Positions 1 to 12,123 of a stretch of DNA of 55,357 nucleotides are shown here, in pieces. Origin of the DNA: Prorocentrum cordatum (lineage: Eukaryota); assembly GCA_963575745.1 (NCBI GenBank), contig CAUYUJ010000165.1, forward strand, positions 62,001-117,357. The letters are read 5' to 3'. Each line of letters starts with the position of its first letter. Position 1 is the first letter of the stretch. The translations under genes were made by a program, and so were the position numbers. The notes beneath the pieces are model-generated. The model was not told the DNA's origin. It saw only the letters and a program-made list of their open reading frames with translations, and made no database searches.

Positions 1-60
1 TTCCTCCCTTCCCTTTCCCCCTCCGCACCACTCCTCCCCGCCCTTGCCTCTTCCCTCCGC

Positions 61-760
61 ATGTATCTGTTTCGACACACCCCTCACACGCTTCGTGGCC
101 CCATCGGGAGTTTCACCGAAAACCCACATGCCAGCGTTCGCACGCGCCCACCGCACCCATTTTGGTACACCCCTCACACGTGTCGTGGCCCCACGGGGGG
201 CTCCACCGACAGCCCCATCGGCTGCGTTCGCATGCGCCCACCGCGCAAATTTCGCCACACCCTCACACGCTTCGCGGCCCCAATAGGGAGCTCCCCCATA
301 CGGAGCTCCACCGAAGGTCCACATGCTAGCGGTCGCATGCGCCCACCGCGCCCATTTGGCACACCCTCCCACGCTCCGCGGCCCCATGGGGAGCTCCACC
401 GACGGCCATATTGGCTGCGTTCGCATGCGCCCACCGCGCCGATTTTGGCACATCCCGCGCACGCTGCGTGGCTCCATAGGGACCCCCACCGACGGAGCTC
501 CACCTATTTGGCAACCCCGCAAACGCTTCGAAACCCAATAAGGCACTCCACCAGCGGCCCCAGTGGCTGCGTTCGCCTGCGCCCACCGCGCCCATTGTGG
601 CACGCCCCATCGAACGTCTCGCGGCCCCATGAGCAGATCCACCGATGGCCCCAATGGCTGCGTTCGCACGCGGCCACAGCACCCATTTTGGCACACCCAT
701 CACACGCTTCGTCGCCCCACAGGGAGTTCCTCCGAATGCGGCGCACACAGCGACGGCACT
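61..760. repeat. Degenerate ~88-bp tandem minisatellite (about 7-8 units)
   Basis: Recurring GCATGCGCCCACCGCGCCCATTTTGGCACACCCCTCACACGCTTCGTGGCCCC...GGAGCTCCACCGA...GGCTGCGTTC; same family recurs at ~17345-17745. Confidence 0.9.
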
Positions 761-807
761 CACAACTCCATCTGGTCGGGTCCTTCGCCCATATATTTGT
801 TTGTGTT

Positions 808-879
<72 letters not shown>

Positions 880-959
880 AATATATATATATATATATAT
901 ATATATATCTGTATATATACACAGGTCTCTCTCTCTCTCTCGATCTCCCGTTTTGTGTT

Positions 960-997
<38 letters not shown>

Positions 998-1075
998 TGT
1001 ATGTATATATGTATATATGTATATATATATATATAGGTATGTATATAGAGAGAGATGCATGTGGATCTCTCTCTC

Positions 1076-1106
<31 letters not shown>
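808..1106. repeat. Compound (CT)n/(AT)n microsatellite
   Basis: Direct inspection. Confidence 0.95.
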
Positions 1107-1530
1107 TTGTAAACAAATGTCTATAGAATTAGTCTCGGCCCGATAGCCCCCAAGGCCCAGGGCGCAGCCAGGGCGCGACGCCCCCGAGATCTCATAGACA
1201 GCACCGCGAGGGACGGACCTGCGGCCGTCGACCGGGAGCGATCCGACCCACACCCTTTCCGGGAAGACGCAAGAGCTCGGGCACGGGGGACTCCGGTGAA
1301 CCTGACGGGGCCATCATGTTACTCACTGCATGGAGCTCCCCATAGGTGCATCTCATGTTTTATGCCATGCCATAGCGAGCGTCAGTTCATGAGCGCTTGA
1401 CTACTTTAGCGCGTCCACGTGGGCGACAGGGCCGACGAAGACGAGCCAATCCTAATGCGAATGAATGAGTATGAGTCAGAGTGAGCTTTGAGTATGATTG
1501 AACACGAGCCTCCCATTCACTCCCACTCCT

Positions 1531-4500
1531 CAGCAAACTGGCCGCGAACGGGCCCGTGAAAACACCCCGGCCAGTGTCCTACCCCCTGGCGGCTCCCCTT
1601 AGGGGTGCTGAAACCAGCGCGCCGCCTGAGACATCCTCACAAACTGGTCTAAACGCAAACAATTCTGCCCACCAGAACAGCCAAACCGCCTGAGATATCC
1701 CCACAAACTGGCCGCGAACAGGCCCGTGAAAACACCCCTGGCGGCTCCCCTTCGGGGTGCTGAAACCAGCGCCCCGCCTGAGACATCCTCACAAACTGGT
1801 CTAAACGCAAACAATTCTGCCCACCAGAACAGCCAAACCGCTTGAGATATCCCCACAAACTGGCCGCGAACGGGCCCTGAAACACCCTTTGGCGGCTGCC
1901 CCTTAGGGGTGCTTGAAACCAGCGCCTCGCCTGAGACATCCTCACAAACTGGTCAAAAGCAAACACTTCTGCCCACCAGAAACAAGCAGCCAAACCGCCT
2001 GATAATATCCCCAACAAAACTGGCCGCGAACGGGCCCATGACACCCCTGCGGGCTCCCCTTAGGGGGTCTGAAACCAGCGCCCCGCCTGGACATCCTCAC
2101 CAACGGCTCTAAACGCAACCCGTCCCGCCCACCAAACGCCAAAACCGCCTAAGATATCCCCACAACTGGCCCGAACGGGCCCGTGAAAACCACCCCCTGG
2201 CGATGACCCTTCGGGGTGCTGAAACCAGCGCCCCGCCTGAGACATCCTCACAAACTGGTCTAAACGCAAACAATTCTGCCCACCAGAACAGCCAAACCGC
2301 TTGAGATATCCCCACAAACTGGCCGCGAACGGGCCCGTGAAAACACCCTTGGCGGCTCCCCTTAGGGGTGCTGAAACCAGCGCCCCGCCTGAGACATCCT
2401 CACAAACTGGTCTAAACGCAAACAATTCTGCCCACCAGCACAGCCAAACCGCCTGAGATATCCCCACAAACTGGCCGCGAACGGGCCCGTGAAAACACCC
2501 CTGGCGGCTCCCCTTAGGGGTGCTGAAACCCGCGCCCCGCCTGAGACTCCTCACAAACTGCGTCTAAACGCAAACGAATTTCCGCCCACCAGAACAGCCA
2601 CACCCGCCTGAGAATATCCCCACAACCTGGCCGCGACCGGGCACCGTGAAACACCCCTGGCGGCTCCCCTTCGGGGTGCTGAAACCATCGCCCGCCGGAC
2701 CATCCTCACACTTTTTTCAAACGCACGCGCGTCGTCCACCAAACGGCCAAACCGCCTGAGATATCCCCACAAACTGGCCGCGAACGGGCCCGTGAAAACA
2801 CCCCTGGCGGCTCCCCTTAGGGGTGCTGAAACCAGCGCCCCGCCTGAGACATCCTCACAAACTGCTCTAAACGCAAACGAGTCCGCCCACCAGAACAGCC
2901 AAACCGCCTAAGATATCCCCACAAACTGGCCGCGAACGGGCCCGTGAAACCACCCCTGGCGGCTCCCCTTCGGGGTGCTGGAACCAGCGCCCCGCCTGAG
3001 ACATCCTCACAAACTGCTCTAAACGCAAACGAGTCTGCCCACTAAAACAGCCAAGCCGCCTGAGATATCACCACAAACTGGCCGCGAACGGGCCCGTGAA
3101 AACACCCCTGGCGACCCCCCTTAGGGGTGCTGAAACCAGCGCCCCGCCTGAGACATCCTCACAGATGTTCGAAACGCAGGCGGGTCTGCCCACCAAAACA
3201 ACCAAACCGCATGAGACACCCCCGCAAGCTGGCCGCGAACGGGCTCATGAAAAGACTCCTGGCGGCTCCCCTTAGGGGTGCTGAAACCAGCGCCCCGCCT
3301 GAGACATCCTCACGAACTGCTCTAAACGCAAACGAGTCCGCCCACTAAAACAGCCAAGCCGCCTGAGACATCCCCACAAACTGGCCGCGAACGGGCTCAT
3401 GAAAACACTCCTGGCGGCTCCCCTTAGGGGTGCTGAAACGAGCACCCCGCCTGAGACATCCTCACAAACTGCTCTAAACGCAAACGAGTCTGCCCACCAA
3501 AACAACTCAACCGCCCGAGATATCCCCACAAACTGGCCGCGAACGGGCTCATGAAAACACTCCTGGCGGCTCCCCTTAGGGGTGCTGAAACCAGCGCCCC
3601 GCCTGAGACATCCTCACAAACTGCTCTAAACGCAAACGAGTCTGCCCACCAAAACAACACAACCGCCCGAGATATCCCCACAAACTGGCCGCGACGGGCC
3701 CCATGAAAACACCTCCTTGGCGGCTCCCCTTCGGGGGTGCGGAAACCAGCGCCCCGCCGAGACATCCTCACAAACTGCGTCTAAACGCAAAGAGTCTGCC
3801 CACCAAAACCACATCCTCAACCGCCCAGATACATCTTTACGCCCACCGCGAACGAGCCCGTGAAAACACCCCTGGCGGCTCCCCTTTGGGATGCTGAAAC
3901 CAGCGCCCCGCCTGAGACATCCTCACAAACTGCTCTAAACGCCAACGAGTCTGCCCACCAAAACAGCCAAACCGCCTGAGACATCCCCACAAACTGGCCG
4001 CGAACGGGCCCGTGAAAACACCCCTGGCGACTCCACTTAGGGGTGCTGAAACCAGCGCCCCGCCTGAGACATCCTCACAAACTGCTCTAAACGCAAACGA
4101 GTCTGCCCACCAAGACAGCCAAACCGCCTGAGACATCCCCACAAACTTGCCGCGAACGAGCCCGTGAAAACACCCCTGGCGGCTCCCCTTTGGGGTGCTG
4201 AAACACGCCCCGCCTGATACATCCGCACAACTGCTCTAAAACTCAAACGATTGCCCACCATCACAGCAAACCGCCTGAGACATCCCCCACAACTGGCCGC
4301 GAACGGGCCAGTGAAAAACAGACCCTGGCGGCTTCCCTTAGGGGTGCTGAAACCAGCGCCCCGCCTGAGACATCCTCACAACTGGTCTCCGAGAAAACAA
4401 TTCTGCCCACCAGAACAGCCAAACCGCCTGAGATATCCCCACGAACTGGCCGCGAACGGGCCCGTGAAAACACCCCTGGCGGCTCCCCTTAGGGGTGCTG

Positions 4501-5255
4501 AAACCAGCGCCCCGCCTGAGACATCCTCACACATTTTTCGAAACGCAGGCGAGTCTGTCCACCAAAACAGCCAAACCGCCTGAGATATCTCCACAAACTG
4601 GCCGCGAACGGGCCCATGAAAAGACTCCTGGCGGCTCCCCTTAGGGGTGCTGAAACCAGCACCCCGCCTGAGACATCCTCACAAACTGCTCTAAACGCAA
4701 ACGAGTCCGCCCAATAAAACAGCCAAACCGCCTGAGACATCCCCACAAACTGGCCGCGAACGGGCCCGTGAAAACACCCCTGGCGGCTCCCCTTCGGGGT
4801 GCTGAAACCAGCGCCCCGCCTGAGACATCCTCACAAACTGCTCTAAACGCAAACGAGTCTGCCCACTAAAACAGCCAAACCGCCTGAGATATCCCCACAA
4901 ACTGGCCGCGAACGGGCTCATGAAAACACTCCAGGCGGCTCCCCTTGGGAGTGCTGAAACCAGCGCCCCGCCTGAGACATCCTCACACATTTTTCGAAAC
5001 GCAGGCGAGTCTGCCCACCAAAACAGCCAAACCGCCTGAGACATCCCCACAAACTGGCCGCGAACGGGCTCATGAAAACACTCCTGGCGGCTCCCCTTAG
5101 GGGTGCTGAAACCAGCGCCCCGCCTGAGACATCCTCACAAACTGCTCTAAACGCAAACGAGTCTGCCCACCAAAACAGCCCAACCGCCCGAGACATCCCC
5201 GCAAACTGGCCGCGAACGGGTCCGTGAAAACACCCCTGGCGGCTCCCCTTTGGGG
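1531..5255 (+). repeat. 152-bp satellite array, about 24 units; each unit carries two copies of the core CGCCTGAGA(C/T)ATCC(T/C)CACAAACTG
   Basis: TGGCCGCGAAC recurs at 1709, 1861 etc. (period 152); repeated peptides in the ORF track. Confidence 0.95.
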
Positions 5256-5583
5256 AGTAAGAGTATGAGTAAGTCTCAGTACGAGTAGGTGTGAGTATGA
5301 GTAGGTCTGAGTATGAGTGAGTCTGTGTGTGAGTAAGTCTGTGTATGAATACGTCTGGGTATGAGTAAGTATGGGTATGAGTATGTCTTTGTATGAGTAA
5401 GTCTGTGTCTGTGTACGTCTGGGTATGAGTAGGTATGAGTACGAGTATGTCTGAGTATGAGTAAGTCAGTGTATGAGGAAGTCTGTGTATGAGTAAGTCT
5501 GGGTATGAGTAGGTCTGGATATGAGTACGTCTGGGTATGAGTAAGTCTGAGTATGAGTAAGTCTGTGTATGAGTAAGTCTGTG
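5256..5583 (+). repeat. TGAGTA/GTCT-rich low-complexity tract flanking the satellite
   Basis: Repeated GTATGAGTAAGTCT; a short similar tract at ~1460-1500 on the other side. Confidence 0.85.
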
Positions 5584-5654
5584 TTCTGGGTGTGTTCTTG
5601 TTCTCTGGAGTCGGCGGCGTCCAAGAAATAACAAGAACCCCATCTTAGGATATG

Positions 5655-5901
5655 GGGAAAAAATCACACCAGAGCAAAACCCCAATCGGTGGATTTTTTT
5701 TCGCTGAGGAGATCAACTGGGAACCCGGGAGCCTGGGAACCCAGAACCCATGCAACGAAATCGGCCCGGAACCAATAATCGGGAACCCGGGAACCCGGAA
5801 CCGGGAACCGGGGAACCCAGCCTGCCACCAAATCGGCGGGAAACTTTCGCCAAATCTTCCAACTTCCGCTAGGACCCCTTCAGTGCAAGCACTGATTGGG
5901 G
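5655..5901 (-). mobile_element. Non-autonomous element family X with asymmetric terminal inverted repeats (Helentron/Helitron2-like)
   Basis: CCCCAATCGGTG (5680-5691) is inverted to CACTGATTGGGG (5890-5901); terminal hairpin CAGTGC-AA-GCACTG; internal GGAACCCG repeats; opposite-orientation copies at 28221-28435 and 28455-28643. Confidence 0.6.
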
Positions 5902-6262
5902 AATCACGAGGCCCAATCTGAAAGCTGACGCAAGCTCCCGCTGCAGACATCCCACGAAAACTGGACCGTCAAAAAATCCAGGACGCGCTCGTCAACAAAA
6001 ACGTCGGCAAACCCGAGTTCCGACTTACTCGAGTCTTACGTTTCCCCGATCCTTCTACGTTAGGCGGCGAGCCAAGGGGGAAAGTGAGAAGGGGCACGCC
6101 TTCTCGGAAGGCTCGGAAGCCCCCCGGACTTCTGAGAAGTTTTCTAAGCCTTCCCCGAAAACAAAAAACCACTCCTAAGGCGCGAGGGCTTCTGAGAGGT
6201 CCCGCCGCCTTCTGAGAAGGCCTTCTCCTTCTCAATTCCCACCCTCGTTCGCCGCCGGCAAA

Positions 6263-7495
6263 TGTTCCCGCGCGCGCCGCAATGGTTCCAGGGGTCCCTC
6301 GCAGCGCGTTTCGTTTACCGCCGCCGCCCAAGCCACCAGGCAAGGGCCGCCAAAGAACAACCTTGACGGAGCGGCAGGACACCAACCTCAGCCGAAAGAT
6401 TGTCTGCGTCGCCGCACCCCGGAGCAGTGTCGGCGTCGACCGAGCAGTCGCTGCTTACAACAAACCTGCTCACACACACACACACACATCAACAAAAGCC
6501 TTACAACCTACACCGACAACACCGCTCCGACTAGCATAAGATCAGAAGCGAACTGATTAAACTGCGCGGTAGGACATTCAACTACATCAAGCTGCACCAC
6601 TCTCAGACGCACAAAAGGACCACGGGCCGCGACGCCGCACCAGCAGGTACCACGGTCGAAGCCGATGCCCATCAGGGCAACGGCACCGCTCCTCTCATCA
6701 GCAGCGATGCGCAACACTGCGACGTCCCCATCGCGCCTCCGCTTCACAGGGCCGATCACGGGACCTCTAACATCCAACATCCGCGCCAGGGCCTCACCGT
6801 GAACCTCTGATGCCAGCAGGACCACCAGCGACTGCGGCACCGGCAAGGGATCAACGCAATTCCACGGTCATCTACCCTCCCATGACCTCGGAAGGGGTAG
6901 TTGCCAACAGAGGACCCTGGACTAAACCGCTGCAGCCACTGCAGCCACCGCCAAACCTTTCGGGCACACCCAACAGGGCAGAGCCCAGCGCGAACTCGAA
7001 CGAGACCCAATATACACCAGCGGCACGGCAGCTCGGACGGCCCGCCAGGACCGAAGCGCTGGCCGACCCCGCTGGTGGCCGCCCCGGCTCCCGCGACTTC
7101 TTCAAAGCCTCGACGTTCCCGACTCCGCAGGGCGGCGGCTGCCGCGCGCAGCGCTGCGTGCCCCCTGCTTCGGCCACCGCGCCCTGCGCCGCGCGTGCGA
7201 CCCGTCCGGCGCGAGAGCAATCTCCTTCGAGCCCCCGTACTTGACAACCAGGCTCTTCCTGATTCGCCTGCCAGGACCGATTCGCGCCACATCCTTACGT
7301 GTTCCCGCGCGCGCGCCGCAATGGTTCCGGGGGGCCCTCGCAGCGCGCTTCCTTTACCGCCGCCGCCCAAGCCACCAGGCAAGGGCCGCCGAGGAGCAAC
7401 CTCAACGGATCGGCAGGACACCAGCCTCAGTCGAAAGATTGCCTGCGTCGCCGCACCCCGGAGCAGTGCCGGCGTCGACCGAGCAGTCGCTGCTT
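6263..7495 (-). mobile_element. Internally deleted LTR retrotransposon remnant, Copia-like
   Basis: ~195-bp direct repeats at 6263-6456 and 7300-7495; left copy extends to 6521 and reads TGTTG...GAACA on the minus strand; TGGCGCG PBS-like motif at 7289-7283; ORF 6508..6846 ends with a peptide resembling the Copia RNase H C-terminus (DERSGAVAL...FVRLRVVQLDVVECPT). Confidence 0.55.
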
Positions 7496-8183
7496 CCTGG
7501 TTCACCTGCCCCTGGCCCCCGCGACCAGCCGGGCGATCTACACGACAGCGCACGCGCTCCGCGCGCTCCGTGCCGATCTTCGCGCTCTCCGCGACGGTAT
7601 CCGAGCTCTTCGCGCTGCGCACCTGGGCCCCCCCGTCGTCCAGGGTGGCCTCCGTCCTCTCTGCGGCGGCACGCATGGAGACTTACAGGCCCACCGTGAT
7701 CACCCACCAAGAGCCCCGCATGACCTTCGAGACGCACTCCACCAAGGCCGCGCTAACGGCGTGCTTGGTCAACGGTGCGGTTGGGAATCTGGTGTTTCTG
7801 ACACCGAGCTCACGAGGAACAACATGCAGGAAATCACGAGAGGCCGTCTCCTGCGATTCGGGCCTGCAAGCACACGTACCGAACGAGAGCGACGCAGCGG
7901 GTCGCAGGGAAACGCGAACCGCGCGTTCCTGCGAGCGCTTTGGCCACGAACCGCGCGACTTCCCACAGCTGGCTGTCCTGCTTCGCCGTGGGCCAACGCA
8001 CCGCCGTTGCGCGCCTCTGCGGCTCCCGGCGCCGAGGGCCCCAGGGGGGCCACGGGGCGCCCGCCCCCGACGCCCGCTGGCCACCGGGACCTCCGCTGCC
8101 CGAGGGCCCGCCTGCCACCGCGGGCGCCCGCCTGCGGCACCGCGGGGGTCCTTCAAACTGGAAGGATCGGCCCTTGCAAGAAG

Positions 8184-9373
8184 GAAGGGGCCCCCAGGAC
8201 ACACACAAAGAAATACACACAAACCAAAAACAAGCCCCCATATCTTCCAACATTTTCTGGGTTCCTGTCTTCCCCCCCACTTCCCATATTTTCCCGTATT
8301 TTCCTGGGAATCGCCGATTCATTGTGGCTGTGTGTTTTTTTCCCTCCTGAAAGAAGGCCGGGTCGTGCAAGGATGGGCCGGTTCTGGGCCACGGGCGGCG
8401 TGCAGCCTCAAGCGCCCGCGCTGGGGTCGCCGCCGGTCGGCACGGCGCGACCCCGCCGCAGAGGGCCACCCGACCCACAGTGCAGCCCGCCGCGGTTCGG
8501 TGCGATCTTCTCGCCGAGCAGCCGAAGGCACCCCGCGGGCCCTGCCTGGCGCGGCAGCCAGGCCAACCGTCCAGCCAGACTCCGCGCTGTTCCCCCCGAC
8601 GCCGTCCGCTGCGGCCCTCCTCGCGCGTGGCCGCCGACTCCCAGGGATCTCGGCTGCGAGGGCCTGCTCAGTGCCATCGGGCCCCACGACTGAAGGGGCC
8701 CTGGGACACACAGACAAATACACACAAATAACACTTGTGTTCCCCATATGTTCCTATATTTTCTGTGTAATTGTCTTCCGCCCCACTTCCCATATTTTCA
8801 AACATTTTTCTGGGGGTCAACGATGAGTTGTGTCCGTATGTTTTTTCCCCTCCTGAACGACGCCCGACAACCGCCCGCCGCGTCCGCCGCCCACGACGGC
8901 GCGACGACGCCCGACGAGCGCGCGCCGCACCGAACGACGACGCACGACGTCACGCGCGGTCCACAGCGACCCTCCGCGCCAGCGTCCGCCGACACTCAGG
9001 GACATCACCGGCGACGACCACCAGGCCCCACAGTCAAGCCGGGTAGTAAGGATGCGCGGTAAGGGTGCAAGGGCCGTGGACGCCCGTTTCGAAGCGTCTC
9101 CAGCGGGGCGCGGCCAACGAAAGTGTCCAGGGATGGACCCAGAAGGCAGGGAAGGGTACCCTTGGGAGGGATGCCTATCCTTAGTATGCGGGTCGCCTGT
9201 AGTGAAGGCCCCCAGGACACACAAATAAATACACACACTTAAACATATCCCCCATATTTTCCTATACCTATATGTTCTGGGTTTTTGTCTTCCCCCCCAC
9301 TCCCCATATTTTGACATATTTTCGGGGGAATCGACGATTCATTGTGTCCGTGTGTTTTGTTTCCCCTCCTGAA
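8184..9373 (+). repeat. Three ~170-bp relatively AT-rich direct repeats (8184-8351, 8692-8857, 9204-9373) separated by unrelated ~340-bp GC-rich segments
   Basis: Each starts GAAGG(GG)CCCC..GGACACAC, contains GTCTTCC.CCCCACT.CCCATATTTT and ends CCCTCCTGAA. Confidence 0.85.
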
Positions 9374-9431
9374 GCTCTAGCGGCGGCCCGCCCACCCGCC
9401 ACGGCCCACCGCGACCCCTCCGCAAAGCGCG

Positions 9432-9747
9432 CCCGAGTTATCCGGGGCAACTCGGGTCCGGGGCAACTCGGGTTCCCTGATGGTCCGCTACCGAAAATTT
9501 CCGGTAGCGCTCCGCAGAGATCGGTCGCTACCGAAATACCGAAATGTAGCGCCCAATATCGGTATCAGACCGTTCTGAAATCCGCTATTTCAACGCCCTC
9601 AAACGAAGATCCGGTCGCTACCGAAATTCGGGGTGCGTCGAAATCGCTACCGAAAATTTCCGGTACCAGACCATCTGGGTTTGGATTCCCGAAAAAGGAA
9701 CCCGAGTTATCCCTGACCCGAGCTACCCCTGATGATTCGGGGCTCTG
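9432..9747. mobile_element. Fold-back MITE (~41-bp arms) containing a nested 205-bp MITE at 9475-9679
   Basis: Arms CCCGAGTTATCCGGGGCAACTCGGGTC / GACCCGAGCTACCCCTGATGATTCGGG; inner element CCCTGATGGTCCGCTACCG...CGGTACCAGACCATCTGGG flanked by TT/TT; uninterrupted siblings at 11901-12123. Confidence 0.7.
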
Positions 9748-10199
9748 ACCTCCGCCGCGCGCCCGACAGCGCCCCCGCCGGCGCCACCGGGCGCCCCGGC
9801 CAGCGCCCCAGCCCGCCCTCGAAGAGGGCGCGGACCCTCGCGATGGCGACCGCCGGCGACCGCCCGCCGCCCGCCGCCGCAGCCGGCGGAGGCGGAGGCG
9901 GAGGCGGAGGCGGAGGCGGAGGGGGAGGAGGAGGAGGAGGAGGAGGAGGAGGAGGAGGATAGGAGAGTAGGAGGAGGAGGAGGAGTTATGAGAGGAAGGA
10001 ATGGAGGAGGGAGGGGGAGGAGGAGGGGGCGGAGGAGTGGGAGTAGGCGGACGTGAGGTCTGCATGAGTCGGATGCGTCGGGGGGAGGCGGATGCGGAGT
10101 CGGAGGCGTCGTCTGAGGAGAAAGGAGGAGGAGGCGTGCTGTCCGTGCGGTCTCGGTCGGAGGCTTCTTCTGAGTATCCATGCGGAGAGGGGGGACGTC

Positions 10200-11830
10200 A
10201 GGATTGCGGAGGTGCGACCGCCCGCCCGACGACCGCCGTTGACCGTCCGCCGGCCGCCGCAAGAGCCGCCGACAACCGACGGTCGATTCCTCAACCCCTG
10301 AGGATGACGATCGACGTCCGCCACGCCGACAAACCGACGTCGACGGCGACAACGAACTCAGCAACAACTCACGACCCAGTCCGCAGCGACCATGCGCGCG
10401 AGCGCCCGCCGACTCGCAGGGACGCCTGCCGCGAGGGCCATTAGGCTCAAGCGGTATGTGGTCCACCCCCCTGCCGAGTGTGTCGACCCATGCCGAGTCT
10501 TTGTCGACCCCAGGCGCGCTCCGCAGAGTGACCACCAGGCCAGCACTCCAACCAGTACCTGCGTTGCCGCCCATGTCCGTTCGACTACCGCTGACGACCG
10601 TCTGCCGACCGCCAGAACGACCGCTGACGACCGACTGTCGATCGCTCGACCTCTGACAACGAAACCCGTACCACCACGAATTTGCGGAGGCAAACCCGCA
10701 ACGGCTACCAACCAGGAGCGCAGACCAATCGAGGGCCACCACGGCGTCCTTGTCGGCCGAACAGGGGAACTTAACCGGTGATGGGTGGTCCAACTGACAA
10801 GCGGTAACACCGCGCACCTGCGCATGTCCAGCTTGGAAGTTCCCCCCCCAGCAAAGAGAACCTCTTCGGCGCCCCGCCGTCGACCGATCGACTGGCGTCC
10901 GACGACCGACTCACTGGCGATCCGCAGCGTGGCCGCCAGGCCCGCACTCCAGCCAGTCCCAGCGTCGACGACCGCAGACGACCGCCTGTCGACTGCTCGA
11001 AGCCCACGACGCCCGGCCGCTGACAGCCAGCGCGACGACGGCCGTTCCGAGCGTCCGCAGACCGCAGGTACCGCCGACTGCCGACGGTCGATTCCTCTCA
11101 TCGACCCCTGACGATGACGATCGACGAATGCCCCTGCGACATACCAGTGTCCGACGACCGACCCAGCAAGCAAAACACAAGCACAACCCACGACCTATGC
11201 CACAGCGACCCTTCGCGAGAGCGCCCTCCGACGCTCGGGGGCGTGAGCCACGACGGCCACCAGGCCCAAGCGGCAGTCAGTCCAACCGTAACGGTCAGCT
11301 GTGACCTGTGACCCCTCCGCCGAGCGTCCGATTAACCGATTGACCTCGATGGCGCTCCGGGCGACCAGGCGAGCGCTCCAGCCTGTCGAGTGGGCGCCCA
11401 ACCTCGCCCGACGACCGCCGACGACCCGCCGCCGACCGTCGCAACGACCGCCGACGTCCGACCGGCGATTCCTCGCTCCCTGACGCTGGCGACCGACGAC
11501 CGCCACTCTGACGGACCAGTGTCCGACGACCGACCTCTGCAGGGTGGCCACCTCCTCCTCCTCCTCCTCCTCCTCCTCCTCCTCCTCCTCCTCCTCCTCT
11601 TCCTCCCCCCTCCTCCTCCTCCTCCTCCTCCTCCTCCTCCTCCTCCTCCTCCTCCTCCTCCTCCAGCACTCCGGCTGGCCCATGCGTCCACGACCGCCGA
11701 CGACCGCCCGCCAGCTGCTCGACGTATACCGCAACGGCGGCGCCTCCGCCGACCTGTCCGTCCGATGACCGCCGTGGAGCGACCGTCGGCGGCCGGCCGT
11801 GGACTGCTCGACCTCCGACGAGAACGCCCA
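10200..11830. repeat. Degenerate CGAC-rich (GACGACCG) complex repeat region
   Basis: Recurring CCGACGGTCGATTCCTC, CGACGACCG and GCAG.GTG.CC.CCAGGCC.GCACTCCA motifs. Confidence 0.7.
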
Positions 11831-11900
11831 TCCCATCCCATCCCAGGAGGAGGAGGAGGAGGAGGAGGAGGAGGAGGAGGAGGAGGAGGAGGAGGGAGGA

Positions 11901-12123
11901 GCCCGAATTATCCGGGGTAACTCGGGTCCGGGGTGACGCGGGTCTGGATTCCCTGAAGAGGAGCCCGAGTTGGCCCTGACCCGAGTTACCCCCGATGATG
12001 TGGGGCTCTGGGCGCCCGAGTGATCCGGGGTAACTCGGGTCCGGGGTAACACGGGCTTGGATTCCCGAAACACGAACCCGAGTTAACCCTGACCCGAATT
12101 ACCCCTGATGATTCGGGGCTCTG
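11901..12123. mobile_element. Two adjacent ~110-bp fold-back MITEs (11901-12010, 12014-12123)
   Basis: Each has ~41-bp inverted arms around a ~20-bp TGGATTCCC loop. Confidence 0.75.

Noticed and set aside
1900..2760. Indel-rich variant satellite units (also ~3680-3850 and ~4200-4400)
   Set aside because: Clustered single-base indels look like uncorrected long-read error, so not treated as biology
1531..5255. CRISPR-like look: a 24-nt core recurring at regular intervals
   Set aside because: The intervening segments are two alternating constant sequences, not unique spacers; no cas genes; eukaryotic context
6901..8826. 641-aa ORF
   Set aside because: Arg/Ala/Pro-rich, crosses an LTR and other repeats; expected by chance in high-GC DNA
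10437..10451. SL-like GCCATTAGGCTCAAG
   Set aside because: Short, gapped, inside a repeat whose paralog near 11255 diverges further, and no recognisable CDS follows
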